Source: Deltaproteobacteria bacterium (GTDB taxonomy: Bacteria; Myxococcota; Kuafuiibacteriia; Kuafuiibacteriales; Kuafuiibacteriaceae). From it: 64,000 nt of DNA. A program made the translations under genes and the position numbers. Location of the stretch: NCBI GenBank assembly GCA_040218735.1, contig JAVJQW010000020.1:36114-100113 (forward strand). The letters are read 5' to 3'. The notes below the pieces were generated by a model. The model was not told where the DNA came from, made no database searches, and was given only the letters and a program-made list of their open reading frames with translations. Shown one piece after another: positions 1 through 10,669 of the stretch; the stretch's first letter is position 1; each line of letters opens with the position of its first letter.

Positions 1-494
1 TTGCTGCACGCGGGCGGGCAGCAACCGTCCGCCGCGCCGCACTGCGCGCCGCTGCTGTAGGCGCACTCGAGCGTGCAGTTGTTCGCGCTGCCATACTCCG
101 TGACCGTGGTGCACGCGTCCGGCGCGACGCAGGACTCGCAGTCGCCGTCGCAGGTCTCGTTCTCGTCGACGGTGCCGTCGCCGCACGTCGCCGAACAGTC
201 GCTGTCCACGCCGGCGTTGCAGTTGTTCGGGCAGCAGCTGTCGCCGCCGACGCACTGGTTGATCGTCTCGTACTCACAGCTCGCGCGGCAGCCGGATCCG
301 ACCAGGGTGTCGTTGGTGCACGCGATGCCGTCGTCGCAGCTCGTCGGGCAGGGGTCGCATAGCTCGCCGACGTCCACGACGCCGTTGCCGCACAGGACGC
401 GGGCGGTCCCGGGCGTTCCGCCGCCCACGTCGCGGCTCTGGAGGCACCCGGAGAGGGCGGTGGCGAAGACGAGGAGCAGGGTCGCTTTGCGCAT
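1..494 (-). CDS. Cys-rich repeat lipoprotein (myxobacterial CGNG/CGDG repeats), 3' end outside the window
   Basis: Hand translation from ATG 494: MRKATLLLVFATALSGC (lipobox), then CGNGVVDVGELCD...CDDGIACTND...CGDGTVDENETCD. Absent from the ORF track because the stop lies beyond the window edge. Confidence 0.8.
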   Translation of the reverse strand, partial: MRKATLLLVFATALSGCLQSRDVGGGTPGTARVLCGNGVVDVGELCDPCPTSCDDGIACTNDTLVGSGCRASCEYETINQCVGGDSCCPNNCNAGVDSDCSATCGDGTVDENETCDGDCESCVAPDACTTVTEYGSANNCTLECAYSSGAQCGAADGCCPPACS

Positions 495-587
495 CTCGGC
501 GAGGCTTCACCGAATGCGCCCCGGATGTAAACCGTTCCAACATCCGTCGGTTCGTCGTCGCGGCGAAAATCGTCTATACGGGCGCCC

Positions 588-1640
588 GTGACGAAGCGAT
601 TCAAGGCCGCCATCATCGGCGGAAGCGGCTACGGCGGGGGCGAGATCATCCGCCGCCTGTTGATCCACCCGGACGTCGAGCTCGCGCGCGTGGCGAGCAT
701 CGACTACGTCGGCGAGCCGGTCTGTGCCGCCCACCCGAACCTGGAGGGGCGCACCGACCTCGTCTTCGAGCAGCTCGAAGCGAAGGACGCCGCGGACGGC
801 ATGGACGTCGTGCTGCTCGGCCTCCCGCACAAGGTCTCGGCGCACAAGGTGCCCGAGATCCTCGAGACCGGCGCGAAGATCGTCGACCTCTCCGGTGACT
901 TCCGCCTGAACGACCTCGCGGCGTACGAGAAGTTCTACGCGACGAAGCACCCGTGCCCCGAGCACCTCGACAAGTTCGTGTACGGGCTCCCCGAGCTCAA
1001 CCGCGAGGCGATCGGCAAGTCACGTTGCGTCGCGAGCCCAGGCTGCTTCGCGACCACGATCGAGCTCGGGCTCCTCCCGCTCGCGAAGCGCGGGTGGTTG
1101 AGCGGCCAGGTCGACGTCGTGGCCATCACCGGTTCGAGCGGCTCCGGCGTGAAGGCCTCGGCCGGCACGCACCACCCCGTGCGCGCCGTGAACCTGAAGA
1201 CGTACAAGACCCTCGTGCACCAGCACACGCCCGAGATCCACGAGACGATCGCGGCGGCGGGCGGGGTGGACGTCGCGCTGCAGTTCGTCCCGGTGTCGGC
1301 GCCGCTGTCGCGGGGGTTGTTCGCGAGTGCGTTCGTGCGCGTCGACGCGTCGATCGATCCGGACGCCATCCGCGCCGCGTTCGAAGAGACGTACGCCGAC
1401 GAGCCGTTCGTGCGTGTGCCGAAGAACCGCCTGCCCGAGGTCGCGGCGGTGTCCGGCTCGAACTTCGCGGAGGTCGGCGTGGTGATCGGCGAGATCGTCG
1501 ACGGCAAACGCGTGGTCACTTGCATCAGCGCGCTCGACAACCTGATCAAGGGCGGCGCGGGGCAGGGCGTGCAGAACATGAACCTGGTCCTCGGCGTCGA
1601 CGAGATGTCGTCGCTCGTCGATCCGGGTAGCTGGCCTTGA
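588..1640 (+). CDS. argC: N-acetyl-gamma-glutamyl-phosphate reductase
   Basis: IIGGSGYGG Rossmann motif, DLSGDFRL, VYGLPE, ASPGCF catalytic Cys, DNLIKGGAGQGVQNMN. Confidence 0.97.
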   Translation: MTKRFKAAIIGGSGYGGGEIIRRLLIHPDVELARVASIDYVGEPVCAAHPNLEGRTDLVFEQLEAKDAADGMDVVLLGLPHKVSAHKVPEILETGAKIVDLSGDFRLNDLAAYEKFYATKHPCPEHLDKFVYGLPELNREAIGKSRCVASPGCFATTIELGLLPLAKRGWLSGQVDVVAITGSSGSGVKASAGTHHPVRAVNLKTYKTLVHQHTPEIHETIAAAGGVDVALQFVPVSAPLSRGLFASAFVRVDASIDPDAIRAAFEETYADEPFVRVPKNRLPEVAAVSGSNFAEVGVVIGEIVDGKRVVTCISALDNLIKGGAGQGVQNMNLVLGVDEMSSLVDPGSWP

Positions 1641-2461
1641 AGATCGTCGTGAAGCTCGGCGGGGAGCTCCTCGCCGAAGCGCGCGCCTCGCAGCTCGCGG
1701 CGATCACGTCGTCCATCGCCGGGTTCGTCGACGCGGGGCACCGCGTGATCGTCGTGCACGGCGGCGGACCGCAGACGACGGCGCTGCAGAAGGCGCTCGG
1801 TCAGGAGCCCCACATCGTCGGCGGACGGCGCGTCACCGACGAAGCCGCGCTCACCGCGATCGAGATGATGGTCGGCGGGCGCCTCAACATCGAGCTGACG
1901 TCGGCGCTGCGACGCGCGGGCGTCGACGCGGTGGGGCTGAACGGCGTGAGCGGTCGACTCATCGCGTGTGAGCGAAGGCCGCCGCGGGTCGTGAGCGGCG
2001 GCGGCGATCGCCCGGTCGACTTCGGCTTCGTCGGCGACGTGACCGGCGTGAACGAAGCGCTCCTCGCGCTGCTGCTCGACGCGGGCCACGTACCGGTCAT
2101 CGCGTGCATCGGCAGCGACGCCACGGGGCAGGCCTACAACATCAACGCGGACGTGGTCGCCAACGGGCTCGCCGCGGCCGTGGGCGCCGACCGGCTGTTG
2201 CTGGTGACATCGACCCCCGGCGTGCTGCGCGACAAGGACGACCCGTCGACGCGCATCACCACGATGACGGTCGCCGAGGGCCGCGCTGCGATCGCGGACG
2301 GCACGGTGCAGGGCGGCATGATCCCGAAGCTCGAAGAGAGCTTCGCCGCGCTCGAACGCGGGGTGGGCGAGATTCACATCCTCGGCGACGTGAAGGCGGG
2401 CGATCTGGAGCGGGTCCTCGTACGACCGGGTGAGGTCGGGACCGCGCTCCTGTCCGGTTAG
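1637..2461 (+). CDS. argB: acetylglutamate kinase
   Basis: VVKLGG, VHGGGPQ, GRRVTD, YNINAD, GGMIPKL; TTGA overlap with argC. Confidence 0.95.
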   Translation: MKIVVKLGGELLAEARASQLAAITSSIAGFVDAGHRVIVVHGGGPQTTALQKALGQEPHIVGGRRVTDEAALTAIEMMVGGRLNIELTSALRRAGVDAVGLNGVSGRLIACERRPPRVVSGGGDRPVDFGFVGDVTGVNEALLALLLDAGHVPVIACIGSDATGQAYNINADVVANGLAAAVGADRLLLVTSTPGVLRDKDDPSTRITTMTVAEGRAAIADGTVQGGMIPKLEESFAALERGVGEIHILGDVKAGDLERVLVRPGEVGTALLSG

Positions 2462-2463
2462 CG

Positions 2464-5400
2464 TCAGAGTCCCGCGATCGCTTCGAAGCTCACGACGTGG
2501 ACCGCGCCCCCCAACGTGGCGTACGCGCCGATCGCCCAGTGGGTGCCGCCGACCGACTGATACGTGAGCGCGGTCTCGAACGACGGCGAGTCACCGACGC
2601 GCGCGGTCTGGCGGAGCTGGCCGGCGCCGTACTCGAACCCGAGGAACCGCGCCTTGTCGTCCGCCGCGAGGGTGACCGGCACGACGAGGTAGGGCGCCTG
2701 CACTGCGCTCGGCTGCGAGCCGACGCTCGCGATCCCGCCGGAGGTTCGCGCGAACGCCTTCGTGAGCGTCATCCCGTCGCCGCTGACGTCCCACGCGACC
2801 ATGCGGAGGTTGCCGTCCTCGTTCGCGAAGACACTCATGAAGTACGTGGCTGCGCCGTCCTCGATACGGGTGGTCTGCACATGCCAGCCGATCTCGAGGT
2901 CCATCGGGTCCGGCTCGCCGCGGCGGTTGACGGTCCACGCGTTGTTGGTGACGTCGAAGACGATCGGTTTGACCTTCAGGTCGTCGGTCCGAACCGTGAC
3001 GACGATGCGATCGCCGAGCCCGTCGACGGCCGAGACCTCCAGGATACCCTCCGGCGAGATGTAGCCGCCGCGGGACGCGATCGTTCCTCCGGGGAGGATC
3101 GCCCAGACCGCGACGTGGAGCTGACCGAGCTGCGTCCGCGTGACCGTGACGAAGTCGGCGGGCTGGGCCCCGCTGAGCTTCACGATCGCGTGGTCTTGAA
3201 TGGCACCCGCGGCGTGGTTGTCGAGCGGGGTGAGCGTGCCGTCCGCCTGCACGTCGTACAGTCGCAGGACGAGGTTGTTGGCGAGGTTGCGCGTCGCGAG
3301 GACGACCCGGTTCGATCCGACGTTGGCGATCTGCGGCTTGCTCGTCCACATCTCGACGCGACTCGAGACCTCGTCGAGGGCCCAGCCGTTGCGCTGCATG
3401 CTCACGAGCTTCACGTTCGGGGCGGACTCCACGGCGACGACCACGGTGCCGTTGTCGACCGAGGTCAGCTCGACGTCCGTGCCCTGTCCGAACAGCGTGA
3501 CGTCGTGGCGCTCGGCGAGCGTGAGGTCCGGGATGCACTCCGCGCGATCGCCGACCGCGTAGCCGTAGGCGTACTTGAAGAGGGCGTCGGCGTCGGGGGC
3601 GCCGCGTTTTGTGTTGATGGTCAACGCGGCTTGCGCGTGCCCGTCGAGCAGGGTCGCGAAGGAGGACAGCCCGGTGACTTCGCCGAGGCCGCCGTTCTTG
3701 CCGAGGACGCTCGCACCCACGTTGCGTGAGGTGTACGGCGGTTCGAAACCCAGCGCGGTCGCCGCGCCGTCACTGTCGAGGAGGTCGGTGCGGAGGAAGG
3801 TGTTCGTGCTCGCGTTCGACAGGATGCCCTCGGCTTCGAGGGCCTCGTAGACCGACACGAGGTCGTCGGTCGAAGCGCGCCAACCACCGGCGGAGCAGTT
3901 CCGCGTGTAGTTGTCGTCGCCGTAGCTCATGAAGGTCTCGCAGAAGGATTGGAGGCCGGTCGTGTTGCACACCAGGCCCTCCGAGCACAGGCCGAACAGC
4001 GTCGCGTTCGGGTCACCTTGGCAGGTCGGTCCGTCGTTCATCACGGCGTCGAGCCACAGGTTTTGCGTCGCGTTCACGATGTCGACCGACGTCTCGCTCC
4101 CGGTCGCCGCCTCGATGAATTCGCGCATCGCGACGGTGTTGGCGTTGCTGTAGTCGCGCGGGCAGCCGAGGTTCGGCAGGACGCTCGGTCCGACGCACGC
4201 GTTGGGCGGCGGCGACATGAACAGCGGCGTGCAGTCGGTCGTGAGATTGTCCTCCGCGGAGCAGAGGCCCGACGACGTGCGCGGGAAGCCCGTCGTGTGC
4301 GCCATCAGGTCGTAGACGTTTCGGACCTGGGTCCACGGGTCGAGGTCGTCCTCGGGGTAGACGTTGCCGTCGAGCTGGGGGCCGATCGCATTGCCGAGCA
4401 GCGCGCCTTCCTCACCCACGCGCATCGCGGTGATCGACGTGATGACCTTGGAGACGCTCCCGATCGCCATGCGATCGTCCCGGTCGAGTGGCGACGCTCC
4501 GCCGACGAGGCGCTTCAGTCCGCTGGCGCGAGACATCAGGACCTTCCCGTTCTGCGCGACGGAGAGCTGGTAGCCGCCGGTTCGGTGCGCGAGGTTGTCG
4601 TGGACGCACTCGGCGAGTCGGCCCATCTGGTCTCCCGTGAGCCGAAGGGCGACGTCGACGTCCTCGTCGAGCTCCACGCCGATGACGTAGCCGCGGCCGT
4701 TCGAGAAGAACGAGAGCACCTCGTCGAAGCCGGTCTCGAGCATGGCGGCGGTCGCCGCGGTGCCCGTCGACTCCGGCGCAAAGGGATCGAAGAGGTAGGA
4801 GCTCGCGACGCCTTCGAGGCGGTCGTAGGTGACGAAGCGATAGGTCGTGCTCGACGTCCGCACGAAGCGCGCGGCGTCGCGGCCGCTGAGGAGGATGTCC
4901 TCCCAGAACGGCGCGTTGCCGAACCCGTTGGGACCGAGTCTTTCGATGCGTGCGCGACCTTCGTGGAGCGGAGCGCTCCCCGCCGCCTTCATCGGGTCGC
5001 CGGCTTCCTTGTAGAGCAGGCGGAACGTGCGGCCGGCCGCAGCGAGGTGATCGACGTTCGACCAGCCCATGCCGATCGCGGCGGTACCGAGCCGAGCGTT
5101 CGGCGCCGCGAGATCGGTGACGCTCGCCTGAGGTCCGAACGTGTCGCCGATGAACAGCCTGGGCGTCGCCTGCGTGAAGACGTCGAAGCGGGTGCGCCCG
5201 TCGAGATCGGGGAAGTTGGTGAAGGTGGTGCGTGATGCCTTGTCGATCTGTCCGCCCGCCAGGACGGGGTAGCGGACGACGCGGCCGTCGGCGGGTTTGG
5301 CGAGGTAGAGGTAGGGCTGACCGGCGTCCTCGGCGACGCCGATGCCGCGCCAACCCGTCCCGCCGAGGGTGCCGCGTTCGACCTCGGTGAGGCCCGTGAC

Positions 5401-5676
5401 GCCCGCGTCGATCTGGAGGACGCGGTAGAAACCGTTCGCGCCGGTCACGAGGATCAAGAAGTGTGCGCCGCCGACTTCGTAGTGTTCGGCGAGAGAGTAC
5501 GGCGAGCGTTCGTTTGCGATGGTGTCGTCGAGCGGCATCGCGTTGAAGTCACCGGCGACGTTCAGCTCGTAGGCCTTGATGCGCGCATCGCCGGGGATTG
5601 CGCTCGCCCGATCGCTCAGGGCGCAGAGGTTCGTCGCGATCGCGAGTGCGATCGCCCAGTTCGTTCGTTTGTTCAC
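2464..5676 (-). CDS. secreted serine hydrolase (beta-lactamase/PBP fold) flanked by beta-rich, propeller-like domains
   Basis: SxxK (GSVSK), YxN (DYSNAN) and KNG triad; GTG 5676 with GAGGAG RBS and signal peptide; about 7 C-terminal repeats of the V-x-x-R-x4-L-x-V-W type. Confidence 0.75.
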   Translation of the reverse strand: MNKRTNWAIALAIATNLCALSDRASAIPGDARIKAYELNVAGDFNAMPLDDTIANERSPYSLAEHYEVGGAHFLILVTGANGFYRVLQIDAGVTGLTEVERGTLGGTGWRGIGVAEDAGQPYLYLAKPADGRVVRYPVLAGGQIDKASRTTFTNFPDLDGRTRFDVFTQATPRLFIGDTFGPQASVTDLAAPNARLGTAAIGMGWSNVDHLAAAGRTFRLLYKEAGDPMKAAGSAPLHEGRARIERLGPNGFGNAPFWEDILLSGRDAARFVRTSSTTYRFVTYDRLEGVASSYLFDPFAPESTGTAATAAMLETGFDEVLSFFSNGRGYVIGVELDEDVDVALRLTGDQMGRLAECVHDNLAHRTGGYQLSVAQNGKVLMSRASGLKRLVGGASPLDRDDRMAIGSVSKVITSITAMRVGEEGALLGNAIGPQLDGNVYPEDDLDPWTQVRNVYDLMAHTTGFPRTSSGLCSAEDNLTTDCTPLFMSPPPNACVGPSVLPNLGCPRDYSNANTVAMREFIEAATGSETSVDIVNATQNLWLDAVMNDGPTCQGDPNATLFGLCSEGLVCNTTGLQSFCETFMSYGDDNYTRNCSAGGWRASTDDLVSVYEALEAEGILSNASTNTFLRTDLLDSDGAATALGFEPPYTSRNVGASVLGKNGGLGEVTGLSSFATLLDGHAQAALTINTKRGAPDADALFKYAYGYAVGDRAECIPDLTLAERHDVTLFGQGTDVELTSVDNGTVVVAVESAPNVKLVSMQRNGWALDEVSSRVEMWTSKPQIANVGSNRVVLATRNLANNLVLRLYDVQADGTLTPLDNHAAGAIQDHAIVKLSGAQPADFVTVTRTQLGQLHVAVWAILPGGTIASRGGYISPEGILEVSAVDGLGDRIVVTVRTDDLKVKPIVFDVTNNAWTVNRRGEPDPMDLEIGWHVQTTRIEDGAATYFMSVFANEDGNLRMVAWDVSGDGMTLTKAFARTSGGIASVGSQPSAVQAPYLVVPVTLAADDKARFLGFEYGAGQLRQTARVGDSPSFETALTYQSVGGTHWAIGAYATLGGAVHVVSFEAIAGL

Positions 5677-5729
5677 GTTGGCACTCCTCGAAACGGATTC
5701 GCCTCGTGGGTGCTGGGTAACGCCCGCCC

Positions 5730-7454
5730 TTATTCGGCGTTCTTCCCGCCGAGCATGACCTGGCGGGCGAGGGGGATCGGGAGCCCGAGCCGAAGGAAAC
5801 GATCGTGGAACGCCTTCAACGAGAAGTCGTCGCCCTGCACGTCCTTCACCGCCTCCCGGAGCGCGAGGATCTCCATGCGACCGAGCGCGTAGTAGAGGTA
5901 CGTCGGGTTGTAGGTCGCGCGCTGCGTTTCGCGCAGCGCGGGGAACGGCGCGAAGTAGGCGATGCGCTCGAACGCCTTCGCGGCTTCCTCCACCGACTGT
6001 CCGTCGACGTGGATGGCGATCGCGGCGTGCCATCGCGCGTGGCGCTGGAGCGCGCGCCGTAGCTGACCGAGGCGGATCTTCGGATCGTCGTCACCGAGGC
6101 CTTCATCGACCATCATCTGCTCGGCGTAGTGCGCCCAGCCTTCGATGAGGGACGCGGTGCCGTGGACCTGACGCAGCGCGGAGGGGATCTGCTGTTCGTA
6201 GAGCAGCTGGACGAAGTGCCCCGGCATTGCTTCGTGCACGCTGATGCCGAGGAGCCCCGGGAAGTTGAAGTACGTGAGGTGCTGTTCCTTCTTCTCGTCG
6301 TCCCACTCGGGGTCGACGTTCGTGATGTTGTAGTAGGCCTCGCGCGCGACCCTTTCGAAGGGGCCCGGCGTGGACATCGAGGCGAAGCCACGGCGCGCGT
6401 ACTTGGGTGACTCGCGCACGATCGGGAGCGCGTCGGTGGGGAGGGTGAGTATCGCGTGGTCGACGACGAACTTTCGCGCGTCGACGACATAGCGTTCGGC
6501 GGTGGCGATCAGCTCTTCGGGCGTCGGGTGCTCCGCGGTGATGGACGCCATGACCTCGGCTGGCGACCGGTTGGGATCGACCTTCTTCGCTTCGCGCGCG
6601 ACCCACGCCTGGTACCGCTCGATGGCTTCGTCGTTCATCTTGCGGAGCGTCTCGGCGTCGAGGTCGAAGTGTTCTTCGAGCTTCAGCTTCGTCTCGAAGC
6701 GTTCGCGGCCGAGGCTCGGGTCTGCGTTGGAGCGGGGGAGGAGCTCTTGCTCCAGCCAGGCTCGGTACGCCTCGACCGCCGCGATCCCCCGTTCGTGCGC
6801 CGCTTCGAACGCGGCCTTCGTGGTGTCGTCGAGATCCGCGTAGCCCTGCGCAGCGAGGGCCGCCGGGACGTCCTCTCGCAGGAACGAAACGGTGCCGGCG
6901 GTGCTCTTGATGGCGAGCTCGGTCCAGAGCTGCGGAACATCGCCGAGGTTGGCTCGGGCCTGCTCGAAGACGCGGGGGAGCTCGGTGAGTCGCTTAGTTG
7001 CCGACGTGACGCGCGTGGGTGTCGGCGCGAACCGACGATCGATGAGCGAGGCGATCGCACGCGCGGCGATCCGGTTGTAGACCATCGGGTCGTGCAAGTG
7101 GCCTTGCACCTGCGTCAGCTCGAAGTGCTCGGCGCGCAGGGCGTACTCGAGGACGCGGTGGTCGAGCCTTCTTCTGTCGTCGAGCGTCGTGGGCTCGGTG
7201 GTCGCGAGGCGTTCGAGCAGCGCCTCGATCGCCGTCGTGCGTTGGGCGACGGCCTGGGCGGAGAGGTCCGGGAGCGCATCGTCGTAGTCGTGTACGCCGA
7301 GGGAGGTCGCCCAGATGGGGTGCGTCGCGTAGAGCTGCTTCAGGTGTGCGTCGGCGATGGCGTCGAACGTCGCGTCGGGCGCGGTGCTCGACGGCTTCGC
7401 GTGGGCGCAGGCGGTGGCGAGGAGTAGGAGCGGTAGGTAGTGCTTCGACATCAC
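5730..7454 (-). CDS. DUF885 family lipoprotein
   Basis: LATAC lipobox, [39 protein letters not shown]. Confidence 0.9.
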   Translation of the reverse strand: MMSKHYLPLLLLATACAHAKPSSTAPDATFDAIADAHLKQLYATHPIWATSLGVHDYDDALPDLSAQAVAQRTTAIEALLERLATTEPTTLDDRRRLDHRVLEYALRAEHFELTQVQGHLHDPMVYNRIAARAIASLIDRRFAPTPTRVTSATKRLTELPRVFEQARANLGDVPQLWTELAIKSTAGTVSFLREDVPAALAAQGYADLDDTTKAAFEAAHERGIAAVEAYRAWLEQELLPRSNADPSLGRERFETKLKLEEHFDLDAETLRKMNDEAIERYQAWVAREAKKVDPNRSPAEVMASITAEHPTPEELIATAERYVVDARKFVVDHAILTLPTDALPIVRESPKYARRGFASMSTPGPFERVAREAYYNITNVDPEWDDEKKEQHLTYFNFPGLLGISVHEAMPGHFVQLLYEQQIPSALRQVHGTASLIEGWAHYAEQMMVDEGLGDDDPKIRLGQLRRALQRHARWHAAIAIHVDGQSVEEAAKAFERIAYFAPFPALRETQRATYNPTYLYYALGRMEILALREAVKDVQGDDFSLKAFHDRFLRLGLPIPLARQVMLGGKNAE

Positions 7455-9772
7455 GGGAGCGCGAGGGGGAGGGCCTGGATCTTCACGACGTCGAGGAGCT
7501 GTTTCTCGAGGGTCGTGGGGTCGGAGGTCGGGGCTTGGCAGCTCTGCTGAAAACAGACGTAGGCGGTAGCGCGTGCTTCCTTGAGGACGCGCTTGCCTTC
7601 GACGACCGGGAGCTTGTCGGCGAGGTCGTCGACGTCGCCGGCGGTGACCACGGTGAGGACGCGGTTCGGCACGAAGGTCTTCCGAACGACGTCGATCAGC
7701 GCCGCCCCCGAGCCCTCTTCAGCTTCGACGATCACGACCTCCTTCGCGCGGTCCAGGCGGAAGTCGAGGGCGGAAGCGAGCTTCGGGCACTCCGCGGCGC
7801 CGCGTTTTAGTGCTTCGCCGAACGCCTTCAGGACGGCGTCGGCGCGCTCGACGTACTTCGCCTCGCTGGTGAGCGCGCCGAGGCGCAGGAGGTTCATCGC
7901 GGTGACCGAGTTCCCCGAGGGTTGGGCGCCGTCGTAGATGGGTTTCTCTCGGACGAGCAGCGCTTCGCCGTCGCTCGGCGTCGAGAAGTAGGCGCCGTCG
8001 GTGTCGTCACGGAAGAGGCGGTCCTGAGTGGATTGCGTTCGGATCGCTCGCTCCAGGTACTGAATTTCACCCGTCGCCTCGAAGACGTCGATGAGCGCCG
8101 CGACGAGGAACGCGTGGTCTTCCAGCACCCCCGAGTGTTTGGCGTGTCCGGCGCGGTACGCGCGGAGGAGTCGCCCGTCCTTGGTCATCTTCGACTCGAT
8201 GAAGTCCGCCGCGCGTTTCGCCGCGGCGACGTACTTGGGTTCGGCGAACACGAAGCCGGCGCGTGCCATCGCCCCGAGCATCTGCGCGTTCCACTCCACG
8301 AGGACCTTGTCGTCGAGGAGGGGGTGAATGCGTTTCTCCCGGGCTTCGTAGAGGAGCTTCCGCGACTCGGCGAGCGAGGCGCGCAGCGCGTCCTCCGTGA
8401 CGCCGAGCTCTCGGGCGACGTCGGCGTGGGAGCGGTCGACGGCGAGGATGTTGTGGCCCTCGAAGTTTCCGGCGTCGGTCACGCCGTAGTAGGCCTCGAC
8501 GAATTTCGCTCGCTCCGCGCCGACGACCTCCCGGATTTCATTGGGGCTCCAGACGAAGAACTTGCCTTCCTCGCCTTCGCTGTCCGCGTCCGTCGCGGAG
8601 AAGAACCCACCTTCGTCGCTCGTCATCTCACGCAGGACGTAGTCGAGGACATCGCGGGTGACCCGCTCGTACTCCGCGTCGTTCGTGGCCTGGTACAGCT
8701 CCGTGAACACCGCGACGAGCTGGGCGTTGTCGTAGAGCATCTTCTCGAAGTGCGGGACGAGCCACTTCGCGTCGGTCGAGTACCGAGCGAAGCCACCCCC
8801 GACGTGGTCGTAGATGCCGCCGTCCTTCATGTGGTCGAGGGAGTGCCGCACGACGTGCAGCGGGCCGTCGTCGCCGGTGCGACGCCAGTAGCGGAGGAGC
8901 AGCTCGTAGGTCGAAGGTCGCGGGAACTTCGGCGCGCGACCGAAGCCGCCGTACTCGGGGTCGAACCGATTCACGAGGAGGGCGGCGGCGGACGTGAGCG
9001 CTTCGTCCCCCGGGACGCCGGCGCTCGGGCTCGCGGCGTTGGACTGGTTCATCGCCTCCGTGAGGCGGCGCGCCGTCTCGGCGATCCGCGGTTGGTCGGT
9101 CGCGTACGCTTCGGCGAGCCGGCGGAGCAACGTGAGGAACCCGATGGACGCGCCGCGGTCGCCGTCGCGCGCGGGGAAGTACGTGCCCCCGAAGAACGGC
9201 ACGCGGTCCGGCGTCATCACCACGGTCATCGGCCACCCGCCGCGGCCGGTCATGAGCTGGACGGCGGTCATGTACACGCTGTCGACGTCGGGGCGCTCCT
9301 CGCGGTCCACCTTGATCGCGACGAAGTGCTGGTTGATGAACGCGGCGATCTCTTCGTCTTCGAAGGACTCGCGTTCCATCACGTGGCACCAGTGACAGGT
9401 CGAGTAACCCACCGACAGGAGCACGGGGCGGCCGAGGGTCTTCGCGAGGGCAAACGCTTCGTCCCCCCACGCGAACCAGTTCACCGGGTTGTGCGCGTGC
9501 TGCAGGAGGTACGGGCTGGTCTCGAAGATGAGTCGGTTGGTGTACTTCGGCGCGCCGCCCGGTTCGAGGTGGTGCGTCCGGGGCACGTAGCCTCGGCCTT
9601 GGGCGGCGAGGGCTTCGCGCATCCGCGCGGCGAGCGCGTCGGGGTGGGGGTCGGCGCCGGGGAGGGCGATCTTCTCAGCGGTCGTCATCGTCGGTAGCGA
9701 AGAGGCGCGGCAGCTCTGGGAACACGCCGGCAGGACCGAGAGCAGTCCGACCAGACCGAGCACGCGCCGCAT
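7451..9772 (-). CDS. thioredoxin-domain YyaL/DUF255 family protein with lipoprotein-like N-terminus
   Basis: TNRL...[50 protein letters not shown]; start moved to ATG 9772 ([17 protein letters not shown]). Confidence 0.92.
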   Translation of the reverse strand: MRRVLGLVGLLSVLPACSQSCRASSLPTMTTAEKIALPGADPHPDALAARMREALAAQGRGYVPRTHHLEPGGAPKYTNRLIFETSPYLLQHAHNPVNWFAWGDEAFALAKTLGRPVLLSVGYSTCHWCHVMERESFEDEEIAAFINQHFVAIKVDREERPDVDSVYMTAVQLMTGRGGWPMTVVMTPDRVPFFGGTYFPARDGDRGASIGFLTLLRRLAEAYATDQPRIAETARRLTEAMNQSNAASPSAGVPGDEALTSAAALLVNRFDPEYGGFGRAPKFPRPSTYELLLRYWRRTGDDGPLHVVRHSLDHMKDGGIYDHVGGGFARYSTDAKWLVPHFEKMLYDNAQLVAVFTELYQATNDAEYERVTRDVLDYVLREMTSDEGGFFSATDADSEGEEGKFFVWSPNEIREVVGAERAKFVEAYYGVTDAGNFEGHNILAVDRSHADVARELGVTEDALRASLAESRKLLYEAREKRIHPLLDDKVLVEWNAQMLGAMARAGFVFAEPKYVAAAKRAADFIESKMTKDGRLLRAYRAGHAKHSGVLEDHAFLVAALIDVFEATGEIQYLERAIRTQSTQDRLFRDDTDGAYFSTPSDGEALLVREKPIYDGAQPSGNSVTAMNLLRLGALTSEAKYVERADAVLKAFGEALKRGAAECPKLASALDFRLDRAKEVVIVEAEEGSGAALIDVVRKTFVPNRVLTVVTAGDVDDLADKLPVVEGKRVLKEARATAYVCFQQSCQAPTSDPTTLEKQLLDVVKIQALPLALP

Positions 9773-9832
9773 CGCGCGGGAGCATAACCGATTGTGGATG
9801 CCAAACCGCGCGACGCGCGTTACGTCAGGCGA

Positions 9833-10615
9833 ATGAGCGAGGAACCGATCGCGCCCGAGGAGCGCGAAGACCAGCAGTCGATCTCCAAGGCGCGTGCGCT
9901 CGACGACGCGCACAAGCTGCTGCACGCGGCGAAGTTCGGCGTGCTCGGGACGATCTCGAAGCGAATCCCGGGCTGGCCCTTCAGCTCGATCGTCCCCTAC
10001 GCCGTCGACGACCACGGCCACCCGATCATCCTCATCGCCTCCATCGCCCAGCACACCAAGAACATCGCCGCCGACGACCGGGTGAGTTTGCTCGTGCACG
10101 ACACGGCCCCCGCCGACGAGGACATCCAGGCCTACGGGCGCCTTACGCTCATGGGGCGCGCGGTCGCGGTCGACGACACGGACGACGACGCACGCGCGCG
10201 TTACCTGGCGCGGGTGCCGGACGCCGCCGACTACTTCAAGACCCACGACTTCTCGTTCCGCCGGATCGTCGTCGAGCACGCCCGCTTCATCGGCGGCTTC
10301 GGGCGCATCTTCTGGCTCGAGGCGGATGCGCTCGCCCTCGATCCCGAGGCCGACCCGCTCGCGGACGGTGCGAAGGGGATCGTCGACCACATGAACGAGG
10401 ACCACGCAGACGCCCTCACGCTCTACTGCCGGGCCTTCAAAGGGGTCACGCCGGACGGTGTCGAGATGATCGGCGTCGACCAGTGGGGCTTCGACGTCCA
10501 GTGCTCCGAGCCCGACGTGCGTCTGCGCTTCGATTTCGACGAGCCCGTCACGATGGAGACGATCCGACCGACCGTCGTGGCGATGGTCCAGGAGGCCCGG
10601 CGCCGCCTCGCGTAG
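9833..10615 (+). CDS. HugZ-like pyridoxamine 5'-phosphate oxidase-related protein with C-terminal DUF2470
   Basis: GVLGTIS...[12 protein letters not shown]...[22 protein letters not shown]. Confidence 0.88.
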   Translation: MSEEPIAPEEREDQQSISKARALDDAHKLLHAAKFGVLGTISKRIPGWPFSSIVPYAVDDHGHPIILIASIAQHTKNIAADDRVSLLVHDTAPADEDIQAYGRLTLMGRAVAVDDTDDDARARYLARVPDAADYFKTHDFSFRRIVVEHARFIGGFGRIFWLEADALALDPEADPLADGAKGIVDHMNEDHADALTLYCRAFKGVTPDGVEMIGVDQWGFDVQCSEPDVRLRFDFDEPVTMETIRPTVVAMVQEARRRLA

Positions 10616-10669
10616 AAAAAATCATCGCGCGGTAGATCGTTTTTGGCGGGAGGCGCGTTCGAACGCCTC

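Noticed and set aside
10639-10669. GATC-N17-CGTT / GCGTTCGAACGC palindrome upstream of the YfbK-like gene
   Set aside because: Could be an ECF promoter, but it is a single short instance with no second copy to support it
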